Source of the DNA: Macrostomum lignano
Lineage: Eukaryota
Reading direction: 5' to 3'
Length of the DNA: 64,000 bases
Assembly (NCBI GenBank): GCA_002269645.1
Contig: NIVC01000059.1
Coordinates: 1,430,002 to 1,494,001, forward strand
The position numbers were made by a program, and so were the translations under genes. How positions within the stretch are numbered: the first letter of the stretch is position 1; every line of letters starts with the position of its first letter. The notes beneath the pieces were generated by a model. It searched no databases. It was not told the origin of the DNA and saw nothing but the letters and a program-made list of their open reading frames with translations. Shown in pieces: positions 1-12,178 of this stretch.

Positions 1-139
1 GGCTGTCCCCAGAGCCATCCGACCTGGGGAATGCCACGGCGTCGGAAACTAACACATCATCGGAAGCGGCGGCGGCTGTGGCAGCGACTGAAACAGCTAT
101 GGCGGCCAGGCTGGCAAAGACTAAGGCCAGAATAGTTGG
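1..139 (-). CDS. Partial coding exon of a probable secreted protein; gene continues off the left edge
   Basis: Acceptor ttgtatttccag| at 140-142, then an open frame PTILALVFASLAAIAVSVAATAAAASDDVLVSDAVAFPRSDGSGDS that resembles a signal peptide. The ATG exon was not identified. Confidence 0.4.
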
Positions 140-723
140 CTGGAAATACAAGAAAATCTAATTAACTTTTCAAAGTTCTTTAACCGCCTATCAAGGTTGT
201 CTTTAGCTATTGCCCAGTTCGGTCAATATGTAAGCAGACTCAAGTCCCGCGTGTTCCTCTAGCTCTGGTGACAGGTTTTGTGTACAAGTTATCTTGTTCT
301 GTGGATCAGAAAATTTCCTATATAATGGGAAAACCATGCAAAAGACAATACATATACACTAGAGCGATAAAAAGAACTCCTTCTCGGCTATAATAGCTGT
401 TGTGAAAGTAAGCAAACTTAACAGTTCAAAATTATCGATCTTTGTCAAACAGAATCTAGGATTTGCATATTTGAATCAAACTACACCAAGTCACCAAGTG
501 CGCAGTAAATTCCAGCTCAGTATTGCCTTTTGAGTGACGCAAATTGCGCCACGCGACGCAGAGTTGGGCTGGGTGATGTGGGATTGGGAAGAGTGGAGGG
601 CGAAGATTGGATGGATTGAAGCTTCCACCCGATTTTCATTGTTTTTTTTTCAAGAATTTTTAATATCAAAATGGTTGGCCAGGTGATAGACTCTGGTTGA
701 AAGATACTGCTCACCGGGGGCAA

Positions 724-755
724 AGGGTGGCGACTTTTCAATGTTGCTGAGTATA
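724..755. mobile_element. Solo Tc1/mariner-type terminal inverted repeat followed by TA
   Basis: AGGGTGGCGACTTTTCAATGTTGCTGAGTA|TA closely matches the TIRs of the Tc1-like element at 40369-41018 (AGGGTGGAAACTTTCCAATATTGCTGAGTG|TA). Confidence 0.6.
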
Positions 756-760
756 TTTCT

Positions 761-804
761 CAGACCCTGAAGATGGCCCTTGACGGACCGAAATGTGTTG
801 GCTG
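761..804 (+). ncRNA. Degenerate minimal hammerhead-ribozyme-like motif (Penelope-like element terminus)
   Basis: CTGAAGA (767-773), then stem GGCCC/GGACC with one mismatch, GAAA (790-793), TGTGTT, and GGCTG pairing with upstream CAGACC; an AT-rich tail follows. Confidence 0.4.
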
Positions 805-974
805 ATTTATTTAATTAAATCAACATATGTTGGTTTTCTGGTTTTTAGTTCAATTAAATTAATGTTAGCTAGTTAAGCTGTAGTTTGCAGGGCCGAAGGT
901 CGTTGCAATTCGAGGCGGTGGCGTACGCAGGGGGGGGGGCAGGTTATCCGATAAGTAAAATAAGCAACAACTTT

Positions 975-1105
975 GTCGACATCATCCCACGACGGGCGCT
1001 GAGGAAATTCTGGTCATTCCGCTGACTCCTTAGCCCATTCAAGCGCGCCAATACTGTACGCAGGCACACACGCTCACCGTCACAGGCATATACACTCACT
1101 GCGTC
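975..1105 (-). mobile_element. Fragment of the SINE family seen at 11870-12178 and 43950-44250
   Basis: cattccgctgactcc...caagcgcgc...tacgcaggcacacacgctcac aligns by eye to 11900-11970. Confidence 0.55.
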
Positions 1106-2954
1106 TTTAGAATAGGCCTTTATGTGCGTGAAGCGCAGGCTAATTTTCGTGCATGAACTCCAAATTAAATGGAATCTAACATACTTTAGTGCAATTTTTT
1201 AAATCTGAGTTAATCTGCCCCTGCAAAGAGCATTTTTTAAAAAGTTGATGTAATTTGAACAAATGACATGATGGGAAAACTAAAAGAAAGAAATAGCACA
1301 CAAACCAGTTTTTAATAAAGTCAAGAATTACATTGACCTCTGTAGTAAAACTGTTCCAGTTTTGTTGTACATTAAAAGTTTTTATCTTTTTTACTGCTTT
1401 TACTTTAGCTAAAAACAGGAGACAGGAGCCTTCTTAAGAATTAAACTCACTATTTCTAGAATTGAAACTAGATGTTGATGATAGATAAATTGATAGAGCC
1501 ACCTTATTTTTAGTACTTAGGATATCATATAGTGCTTTCTAAATAAAACTAGTGCATACTACAAATTTACTAAACAATTGAATATAATGTTGAATATTCT
1601 ATTTTATAAAAAAGAAATATAAGCCTGCATTAATACATAAAAATTGAACACATTCAACAATCAGTAAATCAGTAACAAAATTGAACATACAAATTTTCCA
1701 AACTTATTTAAACTTTATTTTTTATTAAATTTTATAAAGTTGAAACAAAATTTAAGTTTTTTGAAAATATCATTTTTATTTTACAAAAATCGAAAAACTG
1801 CCCTTTATTACCAAGTATTGTATAAAATGTAATTAAGACATATGTTAACAATAAAGAAGAATCACTATTAGACAGTATTTTTCATAGAAATTAGAGGTTT
1901 ATTATGTTTCTTAGCTATCAACGTTTAAAAAAATTCACTTAAAATTTGATATATACATTCAAACATCACTAATCACTTGGAAAAAAGGAAATGAATAATT
2001 TTTACTTAATTAATAGCTCTAATTTCAATAAGGACGACAAAAGGGACAAAGATAATATAGCTGCATGAAATTTTTATTTACCACAAAACGGTAGATCAAT
2101 TAAGAGGTTGGCTCTCATAGTTTTTCCTTGCTTTTTTTTGATAGTCTAAAAAGTCACGACTAATTAGTCGTAAACACATGCATTCTGCACGTGTAATCTG
2201 CACGCAACTGTACAGTTAAGTTAGTTACGTTTTAAATTATCGTGCGAACAGCTTCACAACATCTAAACAAAGCTTCCATGCTAAATAATATAAGCTTACT
2301 TTTTTCTGTCCCCTAAACTTTTAAACAAAAAAAACAAAAAATGCAAGCATAAGATTCATGTATATATTTTAATGTGTGGTACCCGAAAAACGGAAAATAA
2401 TTCAGAATTTCGGTTTTTGGCGCCAAATTTCGAGTAAAGTATTTTAAGTAGATGCTCAGTGTTTTAATTAGATGCTCATAGTTTGGCCCAGGGACACTGA
2501 TTCCCAAAATAATATGCAAAATTTAGGAATTTGTCGTTTTATTTTTTGGTTTTGAACTTTTAATTGTAGGCCCCGCCGATATATAAAATCCAACGCCACT
2601 GTGCGCAACGCCACTGTGCTGAAAAATTAGGGACAAAACTTGTCTGAAATGCCTGAACGTCTACGAGAATCGAATTAGGAGGGGAAAACTGTAGAATCAA
2701 AAGTGCTTGCTTTGACTTTTCTAGTAAATTATTTGAAAATTAAGTCGTCATCTTAGAATTTAATTAGAATCTATATAGTTTACTGGCGTGTATGTACATG
2801 ATGGCAGTCAATTTTCCAGCAGTAAGTTTGTCGGAATTCAATTTTTGGAAGGCAGTAGCTAAACTTTCTTTTTAGATCCTGGCGTAGAGTATATGTAAAT
2901 CGCACTGTCACACGTACATGCAACTGTACAGGTTAGTCTTGCTAAATTTCAGTG

Positions 2955-3125
2955 TAATACAGCAATCGGACGTCGCGGCGACTTCGGCCGTCATTTCACC
3001 GAAAATCATGACGTCGTTATATCCGTCAATGAAATGCAAAAGTACATATTTGTCAGCAGCATCGATAGATCTCGGGATCGTCGTCAGCAGACGTTGCCGC
3101 GATGTCGGGAAATAAGTATATTGGA
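2955..3125. repeat. GACGTC-rich degenerate MITE-like repeat, related to 9985-10186
   Basis: Shares tacagcaatc(c/g)gacgtcg with the 9990 region and has repeated gacgtc/gacgtt hexamers. Confidence 0.35.
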
Positions 3126-4444
3126 GAGTAAATCAAATTGAAGTAATTAGCTAATAGTGATTTAAAGTTTTACGTTTTACAGTTTAACTTAAAGTTATGT
3201 CTTTGTGCATGGCCGTACAGCGCGCAGTATCTGACCCGCGAACTGAACTGATTCTAAACGATTTTATCACAGCTAGACCATTTGGAAATTTTTAAGACGT
3301 TGGTCAGCTTGCTCTAGACTGCCATTGCAATTTTGGCTAATGGGTACCTGCTTTGTTTACTAGTTAAAAATACCAATTTAAAGATGAAAGGACAAAGAGG
3401 CATAGTAGCTAATTATTTTTCGTGCATTTCTTATTTATTACTTTTATTATATTGGGTGCCGCCTACACAGCTGGTTTGAATGCTGCATTTAGAAAATTTG
3501 TTTCGAAAAAGTACTTTTTTGTCCTCAAAGTTTAGAAAAGTAGCTTAGCTAAGTTTTGGCAAAGGAAGAAAAACAAACAAGTCGCTTCGAAACCTGCGCT
3601 TATGGAATAGCTGTATCCAGAACGTGGAGCACTGTGAAACTTCACTCTATTCGATGCAAGCCTCAATTATACTAATTCTAGACCTGACTAGCAATGACTG
3701 CCTTCGGCTGTCTGTCCCGAGTCCCAACCCAGTCCACTGCTTCATCAGCTGTAGAGAAGATAGAAAGATAGAAAAAAAGAATGAACAAATTGAATGAATG
3801 AGATGCACAACTGGCACCCGCGCTAAGGCCAATCGCAAAGCAGTGAGCAGTTATATTTCGTCTTTTTCATCGGGCAGCTGCCCCTAGGTTTTATGTCGGC
3901 GCGCTTCTGTCACAATGTCTTTGGAAAATTTTTCTGCGATTTAGCTGGCACCGCCACTCTAAGCATTGTTCGGCGCTAGCGCAGTCAGTGTTCCGCTTTT
4001 TCAAGGTCGAGAAGAGCTACTGTAGCTATCAGAATCGGCCAGCCGCTTCAATTGTAAGTTTTGAAATCAAAAAGCATTTTAGTTCCGAAATGCGAAATCA
4101 AATACTAATTTGCAACTGTATGGTTTAAATTATTTCCGCGCTTTATAATCAGTTTTAATAAATAAAATAAAATAGCATGTGATGCTACTAAGACTTATCA
4201 CTCCTCGGGAGTGGGGAGTAATAAGTTAATTACTTGTTTACTAACTTAGATGCAAATATGATTGCTTAAAATTTACTTTGAATAGAATTTAATCAAATTA
4301 CTCGTAGATACAGTACGATGGATACGAACCCGAATAAAGCAAGCTGGTGTCGGCCACAAAGCCCTTTGATTAAGTTCACTACCGGTACAAAAATCACAAA
4401 GATGTTGAAAGATAAACGTTTTATTAAAAATCATCACTCGATTT

Positions 4445-5440
4445 TTAAGCCTTCTTCTTGCATGCGAAACGGAGTCGCTCATGACAGCGAGCCGATTTGA
4501 TTTTTCGACCGTTCAGCGCGACGCAGTTTGTCACGAGGTCGTTGTTGGGATTGTTCGACTGCCAAGCTGGGAAGCCTCTGTAGTCACCTGACCTATCAGA
4601 CCACCTGTAGCACACGGAAGCTCCAGTTGAGTAGTCGATCCTGCACGGATTGAGCTTTAGCAAGCCAGTCCAAACGTCCACCGGGCACTCGTCGGTGCTC
4701 AAATCCAGCAGGATGAGCGCGCGCACCTCAAGGTCGTTGTGAAGCGACGCCACGTGGGCGCCGCGACCGTTGCAGTAGAAATCGGCCTCGATGTACGTAG
4801 CCGCAAACTTCGGCATGAAGAAGCAGTAGCCGTTGAGATACTTCCAGTTGGTCGGGCAGGGCGTCGGGGCCGGGGTGCCGGATCCCAAGTTGGGAACTTT
4901 GCAAACAAACTTCTGCTTGGCGTGATAGAGATTGTTATACCAGAACCTGTCTTCAAGCGAAATTAGCGGCTGGTGATAGCCAATAATTCTAGAGAAGTTG
5001 TGCGCGTGGTACGAACTGTTGCTCGTCTGACCGTCTGACCATCGGTAGTTGTCTGGCTCTCTCAGCTTGTCAACGTCGACGGCGTACCTTCCAGTCCAGA
5101 CGCTTTCGCAGTACGTCAGCTTGCTAACAAAGATGTTCTCAGCTTTGTCGTTAATGCTAGCCAGGTAGCCACCTTGCCTCTTGCAGTATTCATTTGCAGT
5201 GTACCAGTAGTCACGGTTTTCCACATATAGATAGCAATAATCGCGGAAGACAACCCACGACTTGTTTCTGGAGCATTGTCCAAAGAAGACTTCATCTTGC
5301 GGCGGCGGCGGCGGCGGCGGTGCAGCAGCCGCCTTGACAGGGACAGCAGCCTTCAATGGCTGAGCGAGCGGTTTTACACTAGCAGCAGCGTTGCTTGAAG
5401 CAAAGGCAAGCGTCAGGATAATTAGCAGTGCAGCTTGCAT
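4445..5440 (-). CDS. Secreted intronless protein with two C-type lectin-like domains, 331 aa
   Basis: Signal peptide MQAALLIILTLAFASSNA and an Ala/Pro linker with a PPPPPPP run. CTLD1: C..W..FRDYCY..A..YC..QGGYLASI..VWTG..WSDG..FVC. CTLD2: CPTNWKYLNGYCF..C..RGAHVASL..VWTGL..WSD..NPN..C..C..FAC. Confidence 0.92.
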   Translation of the reverse strand: MQAALLIILTLAFASSNAAASVKPLAQPLKAAVPVKAAAAPPPPPPPQDEVFFGQCSRNKSWVVFRDYCYLYVENRDYWYTANEYCKRQGGYLASINDKAENIFVSKLTYCESVWTGRYAVDVDKLREPDNYRWSDGQTSNSSYHAHNFSRIIGYHQPLISLEDRFWYNNLYHAKQKFVCKVPNLGSGTPAPTPCPTNWKYLNGYCFFMPKFAATYIEADFYCNGRGAHVASLHNDLEVRALILLDLSTDECPVDVWTGLLKLNPCRIDYSTGASVCYRWSDRSGDYRGFPAWQSNNPNNDLVTNCVALNGRKIKSARCHERLRFACKKKA

Positions 5441-6195
5441 GCTTGACTAGGTATACAATGTCTAGCTGATTAATTAAATTCAGCTCTACAAACTTAGCTA
5501 TGGCACCTTAGCTATGGTATACTGTATTTATAGACAGCTTGGTTGTCATGGTCAACATAACAGGTCTAAAATGTTCTTATCTTTTCTTTGCTCGTAAAAT
5601 GGCTACAACATTTTTCGACCAAGTCTCAGGGATGTTAGGCAAAAAAGCTTTATCAGTCATTTTTAATGATCTGCTTTTTAAGAAATGGCGCGATTTCATT
5701 AGCGAAAAATTTAAAAGAAAAAAGAGAGGTGTGTCGCGACTCCTCTAGCCAATGTTTTTCTGCCGGCCAGGACGAAATTTTTTAAAAGAAGTTCTTATCA
5801 GCCCGACTTCGCTGATTTTCTTTAACTAGCTAGCTAAATAAGAATTTGCGAAGCTTTATCTCACTCTAAGCTGAAAAAATTCTCGCATACAGTTTAACTC
5901 AAATTCATATATTAAACAGTTTATAGATAGGCTTTCCGGTCTCGTTTACAATTTTTGGAAATCTAGAATCTCGAATCTATAAATTCATGTTTGACGCATT
6001 TTTGCGGACGGATGTAAAAACATTTTGAAGAAATGACTTTGTTCTCATGAGTTAGAACCTTGTTTGCCAACACTGATAGTTTAGTCTGTTGCATAGGAAA
6101 ATAATAATGACGCTATCATTATTAATACATATTGAGTATCGTCAATACGATAATTTCAGACACAGATCGCTACAAAGCTCGCCTCCTGCAGTTTC

Positions 6196-9100
6196 ATGGA
6201 GACTGTTCAGTTGACTGTGACTCTGTCCAGGTCTCCGAATTTCGGCTTAGGCATCGAAATATCCGGAGGCATTGACAGTCGACCGATGCACCCCGTGGCT
6301 GGCATCGACGAGGCGCCAGGAGGTGTTTATGTTTGCACGGTGATTTCAGGCGGCCCGGCTGACAAGGTCCTCAAGCCGGGTGACCTGCTGCTGGGCTGCA
6401 ATGGTTCCTCGATGCGTCGTGTAACTCACGATGAAGCCATCGCGATGCTGCAGCGAAGTCCTGTGGTCAACCTGCTTATCGAGCGGACTCTCAATGCCAG
6501 GCCATCTGGAATCGTCGGACCGGGGAAGCCTGACTTCCGTGAGGACCCCGTTGGCGGCTGTACAAATGGATCGTGCATTCTGGACGGCAAGGAACTGCAA
6601 GACTTTGAAGTTGAAGTGACTTTCGCCGTGCTTTCAAAAGAAACGCGAAAGTGCCAGTTGGCCGTAGTGAAGACTCTGGAGAGTGTCAACGGTGTCTCAG
6701 TGGACCAACTGGCTTCTCCAGCTCATTTAGCACGGCTAGTTGACTCCGCCCAATCCAGCACACTAAGATTCAAGCTAGCCAATATGGGACCTTTGACACT
6801 TTCCAAGGTGGGCTCACAATCTGCAATACAATCTAATGGAAGCGTCACAAATGAAAAACAGAAACAAAAGCAGTATCCTTCACATGTAAGCCAGAAAATG
6901 GAAAAAGAGAAGTCTATAACTCTGTCTAATGGCATGAAAGAGTCAAAATATCTTCAAAAACTAAAAGGCAACCATACCAATTGCCTGGGAGCAGACCTTG
7001 TCACTGGCCAGGAAGATTACAACAACAAAGGGCTCAGCGGCGAACCTGGTGCGCCATCAAGACTGAGTGACCACCTGCAAACGACAAAAGCAGGTTCATA
7101 TGAAAGTCGCGGAGCTCAGCTGCTTATTGACTCGCATGAAGTCAGAGTTCAAGTACAGACTGCTGGTCAAGTAGATGGCCAAGCGGTTTCACGGGTTCAC
7201 AGGGCTGTCAGTAGCGGGCTAAATCCAAACAACTATTCGGATAGCAAGAACACGAGAAATCTTAATTCAGCTGAGCCGATTAGGCTTCGGAAATTTGGAA
7301 CGACATCCGATCCGATGGAGCTTCGGCAACTGCCAGCTGAAGCCGAAGCTCGCAACGAAGTTCGACAAACAACAGGCTTGCAGCCAAAATTCGTATTGTC
7401 AAGTACCGCTGCCTCTTTACTTCAAGAGCGTCCAATGACAGATAAACGACTTACCGAGACACAGCAAAGTAAGACAGAAGTCGGCAATGGCTACGGTAGA
7501 CAATCAGATGTGCAGGGTGGTCGGAAATATGATCAATCGTTTGTGCACAGAAAAATAGTCATGCCGACAATAAACCCCCCTGAATCAAATTTAGTCGTTA
7601 TGGAGCATTCCAAGTGGAGCTCCAGCGTAGATCAAAGTCGACCGTTAATATCTCAAACGTCCGGTGTATCCTCGGTGAGGGAGCCAAAGGAGAATCAGGA
7701 AATTGTTACGAAGCCAGCGCATTTTCCCGAACGTCAACAGCAAACAAACGCGTCAAATTATTTTCAAGACTTTTCAGGGCCGGAAAAAACTTCCAGGTCT
7801 GTAAACGCAGAAGAGAGCAGAAATACCAATAATTCACGCACACTGATCAGTCAACCTCTTTGCCGGAGCTCTGACGCGAAGAAATCAAATAATTTAATCA
7901 AGTCCGGATCCAATATTGTCAATAGAAAAGATATACAAGAATTCATGGATGAATTGCTGCCGCCAAGGCAAGCAGAGAAGGCGACTTTCTATCTAGGAAA
8001 GCCGTCAAGTGAAACATGGAATCTTCCATCGAGCTTTATCGAGGAATGTCAACACTTTTCGTCAAGTCGCACCCGATATAGTCAACTTACCGACGCGCCA
8101 GACAGTCAACCAGGCGAGAAGACACTCCGGGTCGTGCCCGACCTCGACGGATCGATCGGCGTGCGGCTGGACGGTGGTAATGCGGTCGGAATATTTGTGC
8201 GCCAGGTGACCCCAGGAGGCGTAGCCGATAGAGCGGGCATCCGTCCGAGCCACCGACTACTCGCCATCAACGAAAAGAGCATTGCCCGAGCCACGAAGGA
8301 AGAGGCCATGCTTTTACTACTGCGAGCCAACGGCCAAGAGCTTCAGGTTCGTTTGATTTACGACCAGGCTGGTTATCAAGCTTTCGTCGCGAGCCAAAAA
8401 CCGGGGGAAAACTTCTTCGTGCGGGCGCACTTTACATACTCGACCCCGGCGCCGGGCGAGACGGCTTTTAGACGAAATTCCGTGTTCCAGGTAAGAGATA
8501 CTCTTGTAGGCGGAGTTGTTGGTAGCTGGGAGGCTGTGCGAGTTCATCCGCTGCCAGCCGAGACCGAGGCCTCTTTGATTCCGTGCGCAAATCGAGCCGA
8601 CCAGATCGTCATGGCGAACGCTGGCAGCGAGCTGCCAACAGCGTTCCCTCCGTACGAGCGGGTGGCTCAACGCCGGGCAACCTTCTGCCGGCCTGTGGTC
8701 ATATTTGGTCCGTTTGCCGACCGCGTGCGGAACTATTTAGTAGCTACTCATCCAGACAGGTTCGAGCTGCCGAAGCATTCGGGACCCACAGTGAGTTTAA
8801 GTGACCTGATATTTATAATTTGCTAATTTCCCGCTAATGCTCTGAAAATTCAACCTAAAACCCGGTGATTCCACTGCAAGGTGAAACTATCCGAAATTCG
8901 CTCTGTGGTTGCCCGCGGCAAGCATTGCGTCCTAGATTTGAACCCGGTGGCGGTGGACCGTCTCTGCTTTGCTCAGCTGGCTCCCATTGTGCTATACGTG
9001 CGAGCCGCCAATCGCATGGTGGTGAAGAAGATTCGTAAAGAGCGCGGCTCGAAGCGTCTTTACCAAGACAGCTGCAGGATGGAGCGATGGTGCAGCCACC

Positions 9101-9913
9101 TATTCACTGGGGAGTTCACGGTGGACCAGCCGGACTTGAACCCGTTGCTAGCTGGACTCGACGGCCTCATTCATCTGCAGCAGTGCCAGACACTCTGGCT
9201 GGCTGAAAAGGACGAACGATTAATCAGAGCGTTGTCGGAGCCCAGTCTCTGCTGTTTAAGTGAGTCGCCTTCAATGTGTTTTCTGAGTAGCAAATTGCTT
9301 TTTATGTATATAATAAACTATTCAGCTTAAACAATACTGAATCCGAGCAGAGTCCAACCAGCAAGACTTGGAGCTGCCAATATATTCAATGATTAGTGAA
9401 AAACACGACAGCAACGAATGGATGACCTGCGTTCATCACATGGAGGATCAACAGTTTCAGCAGCGGTACAGCCCGTCAGGCAGCTGCTGCTCGAACGATT
9501 GTCCGCAATCGGCTCACGTTGAAGACCCAGTCGAACTTCGCAAACAACAGCCCATAGCTCTGTGCACAGGGCTGTTTGACTTTGCGGGAGGGCAGCTGCG
9601 CTGCTCGCGAACAGGCGCCACATTGGAGGTTCCACCCAACGCACTGGCTCTCGGGCGTCTTCAACGCCTTCAACTGGCTGTACTGGGCGCTCAGACGCTG
9701 CTTCTTGGACCACCTGGGGTTCGATTTCAAAAGCATCTGACTGTTCGCCTGCCTACCGGATGGAGGAGCGGTCGAATTGTCACGGGAACTTTGAGCGAAT
9801 CTGGAGAAGTGACCAAGTGGACAGAGCTGCACTGGCCGTTGGCTGCTGCGAAATCCAGCGAGGGCATTGTCAGCTATACTGGCGATGCCTTTGCGGCCAC
9901 AGGTGCAGCTTAG
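6196..9913 (+). CDS. TJP1-like: ZO-1/polychaetoid-like MAGUK (PDZ1, degenerate PDZ2, PDZ3, SH3, GUK, ZU5), about 1178 aa in 3 exons: 6196-8790, 8881-9259, 9351-9913
   Basis: PDZ1 VTLSRSPNFGLGIEISGG; PDZ3 GSIGVRLDGGNAVGIFV; SH3 FFVRAHFTY..FRRNSVFQVRDTL.GGVVGSW; GUK RPVVIFGP..KHCVLDLNPVAVDRL.FAQLAPIV; ZU5 GLFDFAGG.L..TGATL.VPPNAL..GP.G.RF. GTGAGT donors at 8791 and 9260 and AG acceptors at 8880 and 9350 join the three ORFs in frame. An upstream exon cannot be excluded (ctgcag at 6185-6190). Confidence 0.88.
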
Positions 9914-9984
9914 AAGATGCGTTTGAACAATTTTTACCTAGAAAACTACGTTTTTAATCATAAAAGTTTTCGCTGACTGTAGCT

Positions 9985-10186
9985 GGTACCCTACAGCAAT
10001 CCGACGTCGATGAGTCAATTGTTTTGCATTACACCGACCTTCAGGTGACGTATGACGTCCAAGGACGACGTCAAATAGTCCTTGATGACGTGATTATCCC
10101 TCCGATTTTCAAGCGACGTCCATCGACGTCGGATACGTCGGATTTCTTTCATACATCGGCGGAATTCGAAATTCTGCACTGGATAG
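9985..10186. repeat. GACGTC-rich degenerate MITE-like repeat
   Basis: About five GACGTC palindromes in 200 bp; 5' end shared with 2955-3125. Confidence 0.4.
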
Positions 10187-11869
10187 TTACATTTTATGCA
10201 CACAGAAGTGGTTCTCACCAAGCACCTTGCGCTCAATATATAAATTCTCGACCCGAAGAGAAACAAAAAGTAAATTTACGCTTCTATTTAGCTATTTACT
10301 AGAAAGGATCCAAGTGTAATCTTTTACTCCCTCAAAAAATTATATACGCTTAGCATGCAAAACTTTGTCACTTTATAAGCAAAGCTAATACTCTTAGTTG
10401 CATGGCAATAGTCATTATTATTACTATCCTTACTATTAGCAATGCAACGTACAGTAAATTCTATTATTATTTAATAAAATTTCATACTGAATCGTCATTG
10501 TACTTTGCGGATAGCGTATGCCGGATTAGATTTTATGAAATCTAATAACTTTTCAAATGTTTTTTTGCGATTTCAAATACTTTTTGTGACGATATACACA
10601 GCATGCGTTTACAGGCTCTGTGCACAAGTGTTGGAACACAAACTTCATACAGTAATGTCATGCATTTAGTTACGCCATAAACGAAATTGGATAAAAGAAA
10701 TTTATAAATCTTAGCGCTACAAATTAGCGCTGAAAACCGGAAAATTACAATTGATTGGGTGGGAGAGGTTATCGGAAGTCTCATTTCCAGTTAGCGTCAT
10801 CTACCGATTTGTCTACTATATGTGCCAAATAGTAGTAAAATACTTTGTGGAGCAAACTAAAATAACGCTCGATATTCTCTGCGGCACTGCTCTATGAATG
10901 CGAAGAGCTGGACTCTGGGGAAGAAAAGTAAGAAAAATAGAAGAAAAGAAAAGACACTCACACCGTTTAAAATTAAGTGTTACAGAAGAATGCTAACGAA
11001 TACAATGAAAGAAAAAAAGACAAATGCCAAAGTTTGGAATAAAGTGACGTAGGTATTATTGGGAAAGGAACCAGAATCTGTAAAAGAGATCATCAAGCGA
11101 AGAAAGTTCTTCAGAAATGGACATCAAACTGTTATAATGCTTAAATTTGTTAGACGTTTACTTGCTTTGCGTTTTTAATATTATAACAATTGAGGTCATT
11201 TGCTTGACATGATACTTCTTAAAATGTACGCCGCATATCCGACCTGCAGCGGGACATTCAGCGGACGGGTTTTGAACTAAAGCCTGCGTCGTGCACAACT
11301 GCAGATTCGAGCCGATGTTTGCCAGCGATGGCTAAACAGAACATTTGGCACTGGATTTCGATTTCTTAGATAACACTTCGTTGAAGATCCTGGAAAACTT
11401 AGCTGAACTCGGTTCAAAGTTTACTGAGAATTGGAGGGAAGGCTAGCGCCTGTCGGACATGAGGTCGAATATAAAATTAGGGCGGTTTGGTGCACGCCTG
11501 CTTCTTTTATTTTGTAGTATTAAACTTTTAAACTATTTTAAGGTACATGTAAGTAGTATCTTGAGTGTATTTTTCGTATTATTTATCTTTATACCGGTAG
11601 CACTTTGCAGTATGCTTAAAACATGTATGATTGAACGGTTTTGATCTCATTGGTTTTCCCTTGTTGGTTACGTGGTTAGTCTTTATTATAATTATTTAAT
11701 GTACGAGTGTAAATTAAAAAAATTATTTATAAACGTCTTTCACAGCTGAGGCTGCTTAAGTGACAAATTAAAAGTATGTCATGCAGTCCAAAGGATAAAT
11801 GAAGCAAATATCAGCAAGGTTTTTTTAGAGGCAGGGGGGTAGTGTGCACCCTGGCGCACTTTAAGCGAC

Positions 11870-12178
11870 ATTGGCACACAACCGGCGAGAGGCGTTACTG
11901 CCCATTCCGCCGACTCCCCTGAGCAGGCATACAAGCGCGCAGATACGTACGCAGGCACACACTCTCACAGGAGTGTACAGCGGCCCTAACTTTATATTAT
12001 CGTTAGGCATGTGCACTTTACTGTGCCTTGGGGGGTTGGCTCTCAAGGCCGTTAATTGCACGAGCAGAGCCAAGCCGAAATTCCAATTCAGCCCCAAATT
12101 AATGTGACTGCACTTGGAATCGAGCCTGGGTCGCTGGCACACCAGAGCAGCTGCGCTACCGCTGGGCTACGGCCCCCC
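11870..12178 (-). mobile_element. tRNA-derived SINE (family 1)
   Basis: Minus-strand head GGGGGCCG-TAGCCCAGCGG (A box) ... GGCTCGATTCC (B box). The body is homologous to 43950-44250 and 975-1105. Confidence 0.7.

Noticed and set aside
517-741. 74-aa ORF, or a Tc1 transposase remnant on the opposite strand
   Set aside because: Only a vague W-rich resemblance; too degenerate to call.
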